Below, one piece after another: positions 9,503 through 19,416 of a stretch of DNA of 50,722 nucleotides (positions within the stretch are counted from its first letter, which is position 1; each line of letters starts with the position of its first letter). A program made the translations under genes and the position numbers. The stretch is taken from the IMG/VR virus record IMGVR_UViG_3300032291_003166. One strand, 5' to 3'. The notes below the pieces were generated by a model. It had not been told where the DNA came from and made no database searches. It saw nothing but the letters and a program-made list of their open reading frames with translations. The stretch is from a virus. Taxonomy: Duplodnaviria; Heunggongvirae; Uroviricota; Caudoviricetes.

Positions 9503-11161
9503 TTAAACGATGTTTAAATCAGCAACAAACACTTTACCATAGAATTCAGGACGAACCATTTTCTTAGCGTAACGAGTCATGATACCTTTACGTGGAGTGA
9601 AGGTGTTTGGATCGTACACAAGTGGAGTCATGATTAATGGAATATAAGGAGCGTAAACAGCACCAGTTTCTAAGAATTGGTTACCACGGAAGCCCATTAA
9701 GATTACATTTTCAATCATGTAAGGGTTTTTGTAAACTTTATAACGGCTGTTTAATTGACCGATTTTCTGTACACCGAATGCATATTTCATGTTATCAGCA
9801 GCACCATCAGTATCAGCAGCAAATCCTGGAATTGATTCCAAAATAGTTGCAACAGCTGGAGAAACTACCATGAAGTTAGCACCACCACGTAAAGTACGTT
9901 GGTGAATAGTGTTAGATACTTTTTGTAATTTAATACCCAAAGTTTGGAACCAAGTCATTTGAGTGTAATAAACACCTGAAGTATTAGCTTCGAATGCAGT
10001 TTTACCAGCATTGATTTGGTTGCCTACTTTAGCTGACCAGTACTCAGTGATAGGAGCGTTTTCGATCAACATATCTAAGATTTCTAAGTCAATCTCTAAA
10101 GAGATATATTCAGATAACATAGAAGTTAATTCAGCTTCTGCATCTAAGTTTTGGTAAGCGTTCAAATCTTGAGCAAATTCTGGAGTCCATTGTGCTTTCA
10201 ATTTACGTGTTTTAGCAGCAATAGTTTCAGAACGCAACTGTACGTTAATTTCAGGAATTGAAATTGAAGTACCAGTAGCACCTACAGCGTTAGCAGTACC
10301 TTGAGTTGTACCATCTTCAAAATCACCACGAGCGTTATCAGCAGTTTTCTTGTTGAAATAAACAGTAGCAGCTGAAGTAGGTCCAGCGATTTCTGCAGTT
10401 GAAGCAGATACGAATAATACTACGTTTGCACCATTGATATAAGCGAATTGGTGTAAGTTATCAGCTTCTGCGATTGAACCAGAGATGATAGAGATTGCTT
10501 TAACAGCGTTTGGATCAAAGTTAGCTAATGATGAAGTAGCAACAGAAATTGCTTTAACAGTTAATAATGCTGAATCCGTACCACCTGCGATAGATGAAGA
10601 ATAGTTAGCATCAAATCCAAGTTGAGCAAATGAAGCTGAAGCTACATCAGAAGCTGTAGTTACAGTAACAGAAGCTGTGAATTGGTTGATTGAGTAACCA
10701 AAACGACCTGATCCATAAAGACCACCTGAAGCTAAGTTACCAAATCCTTCTACTGAATCAGCAGTACCATACAAAGAATCACCAGAAGTGAAAGGATTTT
10801 TAGTAGTTCCATACTGGAAATCTAAGAAAAATACTAAACCTGCAGGTAAGCTCATTGGTTGAACTGAAACGAATTCTTTAGAAGCGATTTGACCGAATAC
10901 TTTACGTACTAAAGGTAAAGCTACACCAGCCCACTGCTCACCTGTACCTGGAGTGAATGTACCACCAGTACCAGTTTGAGAAGATTCTACTACTAATTGT
11001 TTTGCTTGGTTTTCAAGCATCATAGCCATATTAGATTGGTCGTAATCTTTTAGACCTTCTAATAAACCTGATTTAGCCCATTTTTTAGACAAACGCGCAG
11101 CGTCGCCTTGTTGTGACTGCCATGGGTTAGCAGATTCGATTAATGATTGAACTGTACTCAT
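9503..11161 (-). CDS. gp23: Major capsid protein (T4 gp23-like)
   Basis: LPLVRKVF, VSVQPMSLPAGLVFFLDF, AKTRKLKAQWTPEFAQDL, YAPYIPL and FTPRKGIMTRY hallmark motifs. Confidence 0.97.
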   Translation of the reverse strand: MSTVQSLIESANPWQSQQGDAARLSKKWAKSGLLEGLKDYDQSNMAMMLENQAKQLVVESSQTGTGGTFTPGTGEQWAGVALPLVRKVFGQIASKEFVSVQPMSLPAGLVFFLDFQYGTTKNPFTSGDSLYGTADSVEGFGNLASGGLYGSGRFGYSINQFTASVTVTTASDVASASFAQLGFDANYSSSIAGGTDSALLTVKAISVATSSLANFDPNAVKAISIISGSIAEADNLHQFAYINGANVVLFVSASTAEIAGPTSAATVYFNKKTADNARGDFEDGTTQGTANAVGATGTSISIPEINVQLRSETIAAKTRKLKAQWTPEFAQDLNAYQNLDAEAELTSMLSEYISLEIDLEILDMLIENAPITEYWSAKVGNQINAGKTAFEANTSGVYYTQMTWFQTLGIKLQKVSNTIHQRTLRGGANFMVVSPAVATILESIPGFAADTDGAADNMKYAFGVQKIGQLNSRYKVYKNPYMIENVILMGFRGNQFLETGAVYAPYIPLIMTPLVYDPNTFTPRKGIMTRYAKKMVRPEFYGKVFVADLNIV

Positions 11162-11197
11162 TTTTAATGAATTTATTGTTTTGTTTTAGTTTATTAA

Positions 11198-12250
11198 TTA
11201 TTTAATAATACCTGCTAATTGTTGCATACGAAGGATAGCAGAGTCGCCTTCTACAATCTGTTGTTTAGGTGCAACACCTACTGCTTTAGAAGCAAATCCT
11301 ACAGATTCTTTAATTTGTTGTTGTTTTGTTTTAGAACTAAATGATTCAGACAAAGTAATGTAAACAGTTTTTACTTCTCTTACATTTTCTGCTCTATCAA
11401 ATGCTTTTAAAACACTTACTTTTTGTGCCTCATTCAATGATTTAGCTTTGAAGATTTTGTTAGTGTAAAGTAATTTAGCGTTCAACAAGTTAACTTCATT
11501 TAATTCAGATTGTAAAGTTTTGATAGTTTTAACAGCTTCTTCAAGCTCTTTTTTAACTTCTTCCATTTTACCTTCTTCTTCTTTGTCTTTAACTTCTTCT
11601 ACTTTTTCTTTACCTTCTTCTTCTTTTTCAAGTTCAGCTAAAAGTTCATCTAAGTTGATTTCGGTATCGTCTTCAACTTCTTCTTCACCGGCTTCTTCAC
11701 CAGCTTCTTCTCCAGCTTCTTCTCCAGCTTCTTCAGCATCACCCATTACGTCTTTTAATACGTCACGAATAATGTCTTTCAATTCGTCAACAGTAAGTTC
11801 GGTAATTTCGTCGTCAGCTTCTGCTTCTTCTAAAGACTCTTCAACTTTTTCTTTTTTGTCGTCTTTTTTAGCTTCTTCAACTTCTTCTTTACCTTCTTCC
11901 ATGTCTTCTTTTTCACCTTCTTCCATTTTACCTTCTTCTTCTTTTTCAAGTTCAGCTAAAATTTCATCCAGATCTGCTTCTTCCATGTTGTAACCTTCTT
12001 CAGCTTTTTCTTCAGTACCTTCTAAGGTAGTATCTAAGCCTTCTTCTTTTTCTAAGCCTTCTTCTTCAACTTGAACAACTTCGTCTTTCATATCTTCATC
12101 TTCTTCTAACTCATTAAGTTTAGCAGATAACATATTCATGATTGATGGAGTAAAAGTTTCTTCAAGAGCAGCTTTGGCATTAGCAACAGCGGCATCACGT
12201 ACTGATTTAGCATCAGCGATGGCTTGCTTAAACAATTCTTGATTTGTCAT
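11198..12250 (-). CDS. Prohead core/scaffolding protein (gp22-like)
   Basis: Extremely Glu-rich coiled-coil protein between the protease and MCP; C-terminus RMQQLAGIIK. Confidence 0.85.
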   Translation of the reverse strand: MTNQELFKQAIADAKSVRDAAVANAKAALEETFTPSIMNMLSAKLNELEEDEDMKDEVVQVEEEGLEKEEGLDTTLEGTEEKAEEGYNMEEADLDEILAELEKEEEGKMEEGEKEDMEEGKEEVEEAKKDDKKEKVEESLEEAEADDEITELTVDELKDIIRDVLKDVMGDAEEAGEEAGEEAGEEAGEEEVEDDTEINLDELLAELEKEEEGKEKVEEVKDKEEEGKMEEVKKELEEAVKTIKTLQSELNEVNLLNAKLLYTNKIFKAKSLNEAQKVSVLKAFDRAENVREVKTVYITLSESFSSKTKQQQIKESVGFASKAVGVAPKQQIVEGDSAILRMQQLAGIIK

Positions 12251-12273
12251 TTTGGAATTCTCCTTTTTTTACG

Positions 12274-12340
12274 ATCGCTTATTAGAGAAGCAATATAGGA
12301 TTTGTTAATTTCTAACTAGATGAGATATTGGGGATCTCAT
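12274..12340 (-). promoter_or_regulatory. Tandem hairpins in the 5' leader of the scaffold/MCP transcript
   Basis: ATGAGAT-ccccaat-ATCTCAT (12320-12340) and ATTGCTT-ctctaat-AAGCGAT (12274-12294): two 7-bp stems with similar 7-nt loops. Confidence 0.45.
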
Positions 12341-12352
12341 ATTCGGATATCA

Positions 12353-12360
12353 ATAAATAT
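12353..12360 (-). promoter_or_regulatory. Putative late promoter box ATATTTAT (scaffold/MCP)
   Basis: Just downstream of the protease terminator and upstream of the leader hairpins. Confidence 0.6.
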
Positions 12361-12387
12361 GTAGGATAGAAGGTGAGCGACAAAGAA

Positions 12388-12412
12388 AGTGCTTTCTTTT
12401 TAGGGAAAGCAC
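12388..12412 (-). terminator. Rho-independent terminator after the prohead protease
   Basis: AGTGCTTTC/GAAAGCACT stem followed by TTCTTTG on the minus strand. Confidence 0.75.
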
Positions 12413-12442
12413 TCGGTCCATGAATATTATTCAAGGAGTGGA

Positions 12443-13072
12443 TTATCTTATACAGCAAACACCTGTTTGAGAACAGATAATTTCTGATATTAAATTATTT
12501 ACTTTAACGTATTTGTTGCCTTTAAATAATGTTGGATTGAAATTTTCATTTAAACCAACAGGTTTCATAAATGCACCTTGAGTTGATGGTGTTGAGACAA
12601 AATCCCAACATAATAATTCGAAGTCATCTTGTACTTCAACTGTACCTTCACCTAATGGACGAACTGAACCCATACCACGTGATGAAATACCAACGGTGAT
12701 GTTATTTAAGAATAATTCTTTTAATATATTACCACTTGGAGTAGGTAGAATTTCTATTTTACCCATTAAATCATCACCTTCCCACCATAAACCTCTAATG
12801 TTATGACAAACGTTTTTGAGATTAATAATTGATGAGTCGGGATGGTCTAATTCACCTAATGCTCTGTTTTCAGCAATTGGACCTTCCATGTATTTTTCAA
12901 CTTCACGTTCTAATGTTTCTTTAGGATAAACACGTCCATTTTGATTCTTAGCATCAGCACGTTGTACTACACCCTCTACAATTAAATTTTTAGATGGATT
13001 GTCTCTAACCTCATTTAATGAAGTTGGATTTGGTCTAAAAATTGAATATTCTATTAATATTTGCTTACTCAT
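12443..13072 (-). CDS. gp21: Prohead core protein protease (T4 gp21-like)
   Basis: NQNGRVYPKETL, ALGELDHP, GISSRGMGS and WDFVSTPST motifs. Confidence 0.95.
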   Translation of the reverse strand: MSKQILIEYSIFRPNPTSLNEVRDNPSKNLIVEGVVQRADAKNQNGRVYPKETLEREVEKYMEGPIAENRALGELDHPDSSIINLKNVCHNIRGLWWEGDDLMGKIEILPTPSGNILKELFLNNITVGISSRGMGSVRPLGEGTVEVQDDFELLCWDFVSTPSTQGAFMKPVGLNENFNPTLFKGNKYVKVNNLISEIICSQTGVCCIR

Positions 13073-14228
13073 ATGTAGTAAAATTAGCTTTTGCTGTTTG
13101 TAAAGCTTTTATATCTTGTGTATTAGTTTTAGAAACATTAATTGGTTTACCAGATATTTTTGAGTTCTGGATGTCAGTAACAGATATAGCTTCTTTTAAT
13201 TTAGCTTTTAATAATTCTTTTAGTTTAGCATGTTTATCTACTTTAACTTCAGACTCATTAATTGAGAAAAATGTAGAAGTTACTTTTTTATCAGCAGGAG
13301 CATATCTGTTAAATATTTCAGTTGCTTTATCTACACCAATTTTGCTACCTAAAGCTTGTAATTGACGATCTACTAATTTACCAGCATCGTATTTTTGAGC
13401 ATTATCACTCATTTCATAATACCAGTCATATTTTTTCATTAAGTCTTCGAATTGAGTTTCATTAGTATTTTCGAAGTTAACGTCTACTTCTTCTTTAACA
13501 TTTTTTAAAGAAGTTAAATCTGACTCATGATATGACTTACCGTTATCTAATACAATAAATGATTTATTAATATCTTTAATAGTACCTTTACCACCACCGT
13601 ATTCCTTAGCTACTTTTACTTTATCACCTATTTCAAAAGCTTCTTTAATGGTTTTTTGAGTACCTTCAACACCTTTATCAGGCATTGTTTTAACTCCCTT
13701 AGGTGTTTTATCACCAGCTTCTTTTTTACCTAATGTATCTTTAACATTAGATTTATCTAACTTACCAGCACCTTTTTTCAAAGTACCATCAGCATTAGCT
13801 TGCATTCCTGGAGCATCAGTTTCTGATGATTTGAACTCGTATGATGATTGTTTTTGGTTAAGTAATGTAGTATAATAAGTAGGATCTTTGGTTAAGTTTT
13901 TTAATACTTTTTCTTTAGCTTTAGCTAATGATTCATCACTATGATCACCTAATTGTTCTAACTCGTAAACTAAACCATGACGAAATTGATATGGATTAAC
14001 ATAATCAAGAGTTAATGTTTTAGATGCTTTTTTAGCTTTTGGCTTTGCTGGTTCTTCTGATTTAGCTTCAGTTACAACACCTTTGTTTTTAAGGATTTTA
14101 ACTGCATCATCATATGATGTTAAATTAGTAATCCACGGTAATTGCTCATCACGTCTTACTTCATATAAGAATTTCTCGCGACTAATGTCACCTGCCTTAT
14201 GTTTACGATATAAATCTATTGTTGTCAT
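13065..14228 (-). CDS. Hypothetical protein (probable internal head protein) with a KOW/SH3-like segment
   Basis: 387 aa, highly charged; IGDKVKV...GKGTIK segment; coupled to the protease gene. Confidence 0.7.
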   Translation of the reverse strand: MTTIDLYRKHKAGDISREKFLYEVRRDEQLPWITNLTSYDDAVKILKNKGVVTEAKSEEPAKPKAKKASKTLTLDYVNPYQFRHGLVYELEQLGDHSDESLAKAKEKVLKNLTKDPTYYTTLLNQKQSSYEFKSSETDAPGMQANADGTLKKGAGKLDKSNVKDTLGKKEAGDKTPKGVKTMPDKGVEGTQKTIKEAFEIGDKVKVAKEYGGGKGTIKDINKSFIVLDNGKSYHESDLTSLKNVKEEVDVNFENTNETQFEDLMKKYDWYYEMSDNAQKYDAGKLVDRQLQALGSKIGVDKATEIFNRYAPADKKVTSTFFSINESEVKVDKHAKLKELLKAKLKEAISVTDIQNSKISGKPINVSKTNTQDIKALQTAKANFTTYE

Positions 14229-14231
14229 GTT

Positions 14232-14239
14232 TATAAATA
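14232..14239 (-). promoter_or_regulatory. Putative late promoter box ATATTTATA
   Basis: In the 11-nt gap before the ATG at 14228. Confidence 0.55.
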
Positions 14240-14764
14240 TTACATTTTATTATAGGACCATTTAAATCCTCCACTTTTACTTATTTTTCCTAAAACACAT
14301 AAAGGAATAGTTTTAAAATTAGTTTGTCTCATTGCTTCAGATACTGATGGGTATTCTTTTATAAAGTCATCTTGTAAATTGTATTGATATACTATTTTAG
14401 ATGCATGTCCTCCTACACTCCATGTATTTTTACCCAACATTGAAATACTAATTTTATTTTTTATCTCTTGAGTTTTTGGTGGTTTAATAGTATTTAAAGG
14501 GCATCCAACTCCTTTTTCACTTCTGTTATAGAATAGTAGATTTGAAAACGCGTTAAAATATTTAATCCAATATTCTTCCATTTCTAGTTTAAATTCTTCT
14601 TTGCCTTCCCATAAAATTTCTCTTACAAAATTTTCTTTACCATGTTTTTTTAAAGCTAATTTAAATCCTGTTCCACTACCTAAATATGAAGGATTACTTC
14701 CATTATGGCTTCCTATATATTTTTTACCATTAATTTTATTATGAGTACAATACACTATAGCCAT
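14240..14764 (-). CDS. GIY-YIG homing endonuclease with NUMOD1-type DNA-binding domain
   Basis: AIVYCTHNKINGKKYIGSH...YLGSG...F.REIL; C-terminal VYQYNLQDDFIKEYPSVSEA...SGGFKW. Confidence 0.88.
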   Translation of the reverse strand: MAIVYCTHNKINGKKYIGSHNGSNPSYLGSGTGFKLALKKHGKENFVREILWEGKEEFKLEMEEYWIKYFNAFSNLLFYNRSEKGVGCPLNTIKPPKTQEIKNKISISMLGKNTWSVGGHASKIVYQYNLQDDFIKEYPSVSEAMRQTNFKTIPLCVLGKISKSGGFKWSYNKM

Positions 14765-14773
14765 AATTAAATA

Positions 14774-14914
14774 TTAAGATCGACCTTGTCCTCTGTATTT
14801 TGAACCTACACTCACATGTTTATTTAAACGTTTTTTAGCTTTACCACAACGGCGTTTACCAAATGTAACTTTAGCTCCTGATGAAGCTGCTCTTCCACCT
14901 TTAACCTTTGCCAT
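14774..14914 (-). CDS. Small very basic protein (46 aa; not in the ORF track)
   Basis: MAKVKGGRAASSGAKVTFGKRRCGKAKKRLNKHVSVGSKYRGQGRS. It fills the gap exactly and starts 3 nt after the previous stop. Confidence 0.7.
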   Translation of the reverse strand: MAKVKGGRAASSGAKVTFGKRRCGKAKKRLNKHVSVGSKYRGQGRS

Positions 14915-14917
14915 TTT

Positions 14918-15757
14918 TTAATCGAATGCTACGTTTAAGTTATCTGTTAAATACTCTAAAATATCTTCATCATCAAATCCATCTTCTCTTAAAGCTGATA
15001 TAACATAGTAAGCACTATCTCTAAAATCAGCTAAAGCGTTTTGATCAGCTAAACCATCCATTCTAATATATGCCTCACCTGATAAAGCTTCTTTTAATTT
15101 TTTGCCTGTTAATATATCTTTTACTTTTTGTGGAACTTTATTTCCACCTTGTTCAAACTCATCAGCAAAATCTTCAGCATCGCTTTCAGAATAACCAGCG
15201 TCTATTAATTTTTGTTTATTAGATGATTTATCTTTTTCAGCTAAGAAATCCATCATTTTTTCTGCCTCAGCATCTCCAATATCTCCACCTATGTCTTCTT
15301 TTAATTTTTCTTCTTCTTCACCAGCTTCTTTACCTTTTTCATATTCGTAAGCTGCTTCACCTTCTTCAATTTTTTCTCTTTCGAAGATTTGAGTTTCTTT
15401 AAGATTTTTAATAGTTTTCTTTAACTCATCTTTAAATAAATTTAAATGAAATTTTATAGCATCATTATCATTTTCTTTTTTAGCTTCAATAGCATCTTGT
15501 AAGTGAGAATTTTCTCTATGATAATTTACATCTTCAAATGAATCTGAAATTGCTTGCATTAACTCTTCAGGTGATGATACTGATAAATTAGCCGCTGCTT
15601 TAAGCATACCTTTATAATCAAAATCAGATGACCACATATCACCTGGTTGGTATTTAGTTGCTTCTGTTAATTTAGTTTCTTCTTTTACTGTATTTCTTGC
15701 ATATGATCCTAATTTATTTTCATATAGGAATTGTTTCATGTTAAAATTATCTGCCAT
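14918..15757 (-). CDS. Acidic hypothetical protein, probable internal head protein
   Basis: Leader MADNFNMKQFLYE; many (L/I)xE sites; lies in the head operon. Confidence 0.65.
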   Translation of the reverse strand: MADNFNMKQFLYENKLGSYARNTVKEETKLTEATKYQPGDMWSSDFDYKGMLKAAANLSVSSPEELMQAISDSFEDVNYHRENSHLQDAIEAKKENDNDAIKFHLNLFKDELKKTIKNLKETQIFEREKIEEGEAAYEYEKGKEAGEEEEKLKEDIGGDIGDAEAEKMMDFLAEKDKSSNKQKLIDAGYSESDAEDFADEFEQGGNKVPQKVKDILTGKKLKEALSGEAYIRMDGLADQNALADFRDSAYYVISALREDGFDDEDILEYLTDNLNVAFD

Positions 15758-15758
15758 T

Positions 15759-16610
15759 TTATTTTAGTTTTGTTGATTTAAAAAATAATGATTTTGTTGA
15801 TTCTTTAATCTGTTGGATTGCTTTTTCGGTGTATTTTTTGTATTTAATTTCTTCACCTTCATTTAATTCTGATTTCAAGCGATCCATATATTCAAACAGA
15901 CGATTGATTTCATTTACTTTTTTCTTTACTTCCTTAACTGCTGAATGGTATTGTTCAGGTTTAGTGCGGGTTTTAGTATTATTTTTAAACTTATTATAAT
16001 TTTCATTTAGTCCTTTTTTAAGAGCATACATTTTTTCTCTAGCTTCATCTCTTTCTTTAGGCATTTTTGAAGTATCATCTGCAATTTTTTGAAGTCTTGC
16101 TATTTCTTCTTCATCATTTTCTTTACTCATCATTGAATTAACATTTTCTGCTATATCAATATAGTTTAATCCGGCTCCTCCGAATTTAGAGGCAAATGAG
16201 ATTTCCCATGCTTTTAATCCAGCATCTTTAGCGACTTCCCAAGCTTTATCAAATATAGAATCAGATGACACATATACGTGTATATCTCCATTAGCAGTTA
16301 AACCAATTTTTAATCCTCCTAATCCATTTTCTTTATAAGCTTGTTTTAAGATATTAAATTCTTCTTGAGTAAATTTATGCATTTGAGATTCCCATAATTC
16401 TTTATAATCCATAGCTTTAGATTTACGATTAGGAATTGATGGAGCAGGTTTCCAATCTTTTGGTGTGCCTTTATTATCACGTTTACCAAAAGCATATTTA
16501 GTTGCCACACCAGCACCAACACCTGGAGTTACAGAAGCGCCAGTGCCTGTTGTAGACATTTCCTTTTTAAGGAGTTTAGCAATTTCTTGTTTTAAAGTTT
16601 TCTTATCCAT
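15759..16610 (-). CDS. Hypothetical head-region protein
   Basis: 283-aa ORF with leader MDKKTLKQEIAKLLKKE. Confidence 0.65.
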   Translation of the reverse strand: MDKKTLKQEIAKLLKKEMSTTGTGASVTPGVGAGVATKYAFGKRDNKGTPKDWKPAPSIPNRKSKAMDYKELWESQMHKFTQEEFNILKQAYKENGLGGLKIGLTANGDIHVYVSSDSIFDKAWEVAKDAGLKAWEISFASKFGGAGLNYIDIAENVNSMMSKENDEEEIARLQKIADDTSKMPKERDEAREKMYALKKGLNENYNKFKNNTKTRTKPEQYHSAVKEVKKKVNEINRLFEYMDRLKSELNEGEEIKYKKYTEKAIQQIKESTKSLFFKSTKLK

Positions 16611-17457
16611 TGATTTTTGAAATTTCTTCAGCTAATTGTTGATATTGAAGTAATGCAACTATATGCTCATCTTTAACGGACGACTTAGTAGATATAGGTT
16701 TAATTAAACTTATAACTTCGTTTAACTTGATCTCAGTTGTCTTGTCGTCAACTTGGTTAGTTAAAGAGACTAGTTCTAATTTAATTTTATCTAGGTTTTC
16801 GTTAATGAAAACTTTCAAATGCTCTGGATTAGAGATATTATTAATAAATTCTTTAAGAACTAATTTTTGTCTATTACTTAAATCAGCATATTTGTTATTA
16901 AATTTCTCAATTAACATTCTGTATGCTAATATACGAATATTTTTATCTTCTTTATTAAACGCTTTTGTAGTATCTGTATCAGTATTTTCAATCAATTGCT
17001 TTTTGGTTATATGTTCCAAAATAGTAAGTTTGTTAAGAACAATTTGTTTAGGCTCTACAAACTTAACTTCCATTGATGATTCAAATAATGTATAAGAGGC
17101 TGCTAATACATTATAATTAGTCACTTTAGATTTAAAGAAACTCTCTAAATCATAATGTCTTTTAATCTCTTTAATAAGATTATACTTCTCTTTAAGTAAT
17201 TCTTCTTTATTTAACTTTTTAGCTAAATCAACAGTAGTGTTAACTAACACTTCAGCTTTACCTTCACTTAAACGGGGAGCCGTCACAATAGTGTGATAAA
17301 GTTTATGTTCTTTAGCTAACTCACTGTTAGTAAAGAATTTTTTTACAATTTTAACTGCCTTAGAATCAGTATTAGCTAACGTATCACTAGCGATTTGACG
17401 CACTAATAGTTCAAATAATACACCAGTGTTACGAAATTTGTTATGTTTAATACGCAT
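16603..17457 (-). CDS. Helical hypothetical protein downstream of portal (head assembly)
   Basis: 284-aa ORF (MRIKHNKFRNTGVLFELLVRQI) preceded by a late box. Confidence 0.7.
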   Translation of the reverse strand: MRIKHNKFRNTGVLFELLVRQIASDTLANTDSKAVKIVKKFFTNSELAKEHKLYHTIVTAPRLSEGKAEVLVNTTVDLAKKLNKEELLKEKYNLIKEIKRHYDLESFFKSKVTNYNVLAASYTLFESSMEVKFVEPKQIVLNKLTILEHITKKQLIENTDTDTTKAFNKEDKNIRILAYRMLIEKFNNKYADLSNRQKLVLKEFINNISNPEHLKVFINENLDKIKLELVSLTNQVDDKTTEIKLNEVISLIKPISTKSSVKDEHIVALLQYQQLAEEISKING

Positions 17458-17479
17458 GGTTTAGTATAATGGTACTACT

Positions 17480-17487
17480 TATAAATA
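17480..17487 (-). promoter_or_regulatory. Putative late promoter box ATATTTATA
   Basis: About 22 nt upstream of the ATG at 17457. Confidence 0.65.
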
Positions 17488-17493
17488 TATAAA

Positions 17494-19386
17494 TTATTTA
17501 ATATCATCACGAATGTTGTCTTCGTTTAATAAATCACTTTGTTCATATAACGATGTCTTGCGATTTACTGGTAAATTTTCAAACATTTTCTTGTTTTGAG
17601 CTAGTACTTCTAGAGCTAAAGGTGAACCACCTTTCCAAGCAGTACGAGTTATACTATCTTCTTGATCAACTCCAGCTGTACTGTATGTTTTAGCACCAAT
17701 TCTATCTTTTCCAAATGGACTATCTTGTCTATTAATATTTGAAACAGCAGATTTTGGACGACCTACTAAGTGGACAGGTTCGTTTGGATTTTTCTCATTA
17801 TATCCTATTGGTACTTCACCATCACCTCTACCTTTACCGTAAGCTGTAGCTAATTGATGTGGTGTACCATATACCTGACCTGTTTCTGATGGATCATTAC
17901 CTTCGGCTTCAATTTGGTCTAATCTAAATTTACGAGCTTTATCTTGAACTATTAAATCTCTATATTCATCATATTGATCTTCACTAAAGTGGAATAAATT
18001 ATCATAAATCCAATCGGTTGGTAGTAAACCATTTTCCATGATTTGAGATGCTAATTCAACTTTTTCTTTCATTAATGCTACTCTTTCTTGATCATAAATG
18101 ATAGAAGGTGTAGTTAATGATAAATCAAAATTAGTTAATGATTCACCATCATATCCTTGAGTGTATAAATGTACTAAAGCAATTTTAGTTAATTCAGATA
18201 ATAATATTCTTTGAATACGTTCTACAGTACGAGCAAATCTAATGTCTTCAGCTGCTAATGTAGCTTTACCTGTTAAATCTTTCTCATAACCCATAAACGC
18301 TTTAGGAATTTTTAAAGCGGCGAACAACTTATCACGTAAGTATGCAACGTCTTCAATACCGTTGTATTCTAAGCCTTTAGCTGTATCTATACGTGTGCTT
18401 TGATCATTACCACGAACCGGGATATAAAAATCCTCCATCATGTTCATCATGTTGTACTTTAAGTTGTATTGACCAGTAGTTGGATCTACAAATGGTACTT
18501 TTTTAAGTTTCTGAACTGTTTTCTGCATAAATGCTTCTACCTCATTTGGTGGAATAGCACCTACGTTCATATAAAAAATACGTTTTTCAGGAGCACGAAC
18601 AATACGATGTATTAACATCGCATCTTCCATTAATATCATTTGTTTAAAAATCTTACGACCTGGTTCTAAATAACTTCTACCATAAGGTAAATAGTTAACA
18701 TCACTTAATAATCTAAAGTGAGCCATTTCGTAATTTTCAAAGTAAATATCTGATGTTGATGTACCTAAAGCTGCTTGAGTTTGAGGAGCTGAGATTCCAG
18801 ATACACTAGTTGGATCGTATTTAAATCTTACATAAGTAGGATTTTTAGGATTAGTACCTTCTTCTCTAATAATTGAATAAGATGAGAATGGGATTACATT
18901 ATATACACCAAATTTTTCTGCAATTTCTAATTTAAGATAAAAATCACCATATTTGGTCATATTACGAACCCAACTCCATAAGTTAAACTCGATGTTTAAT
19001 ACATCATAGAATAAATTATATAATATTTTTTGAACATTTTCATCACTAGAACGAATATGAAGCATTTCTCCATGTTCATTTTTAAGTGTACATTCATCTG
19101 CTATAATATCTAATGCAGAAGCTACAATAGCATCTGTATCCATTGCTTCATAATCAGCATAAAGTTGTACTCTTAATGATTGATAATTATAAACGTTATT
19201 TAAGTTATAAATACCAGCACCGGATGTTGTATAAATTTTAGTAAACCTATCTACTAATGCGTTAGTTTGTAGTGTACCTAACGATTGTATTCGGTCTGTA
19301 TCTATTACTCTTAATTCATCTCCACCTACGTTACGAATAACGACGTCTGAAGAGAATAATCGTTTTAGATTGTCAAATAATGCCAT
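17494..19386 (-). CDS. gp20: Portal protein (T4 gp20-like)
   Basis: LMEDAMLIHRIVRAPEKRIFYMNVG, MMEDFYIPVRG and YLRDKLFAALKIPK motifs. Confidence 0.95.
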   Translation of the reverse strand: MALFDNLKRLFSSDVVIRNVGGDELRVIDTDRIQSLGTLQTNALVDRFTKIYTTSGAGIYNLNNVYNYQSLRVQLYADYEAMDTDAIVASALDIIADECTLKNEHGEMLHIRSSDENVQKILYNLFYDVLNIEFNLWSWVRNMTKYGDFYLKLEIAEKFGVYNVIPFSSYSIIREEGTNPKNPTYVRFKYDPTSVSGISAPQTQAALGTSTSDIYFENYEMAHFRLLSDVNYLPYGRSYLEPGRKIFKQMILMEDAMLIHRIVRAPEKRIFYMNVGAIPPNEVEAFMQKTVQKLKKVPFVDPTTGQYNLKYNMMNMMEDFYIPVRGNDQSTRIDTAKGLEYNGIEDVAYLRDKLFAALKIPKAFMGYEKDLTGKATLAAEDIRFARTVERIQRILLSELTKIALVHLYTQGYDGESLTNFDLSLTTPSIIYDQERVALMKEKVELASQIMENGLLPTDWIYDNLFHFSEDQYDEYRDLIVQDKARKFRLDQIEAEGNDPSETGQVYGTPHQLATAYGKGRGDGEVPIGYNEKNPNEPVHLVGRPKSAVSNINRQDSPFGKDRIGAKTYSTAGVDQEDSITRTAWKGGSPLALEVLAQNKKMFENLPVNRKTSLYEQSDLLNEDNIRDDIK

Positions 19387-19403
19387 AATTTTTTAGTATA
19401 TGT

Positions 19404-19411
19404 TATAAATA
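19404..19411 (-). promoter_or_regulatory. Putative late promoter box ATATTTATA (portal)
   Basis: About 17 nt upstream of the portal ATG. Confidence 0.65.
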
Positions 19412-19416
19412 TTTAT

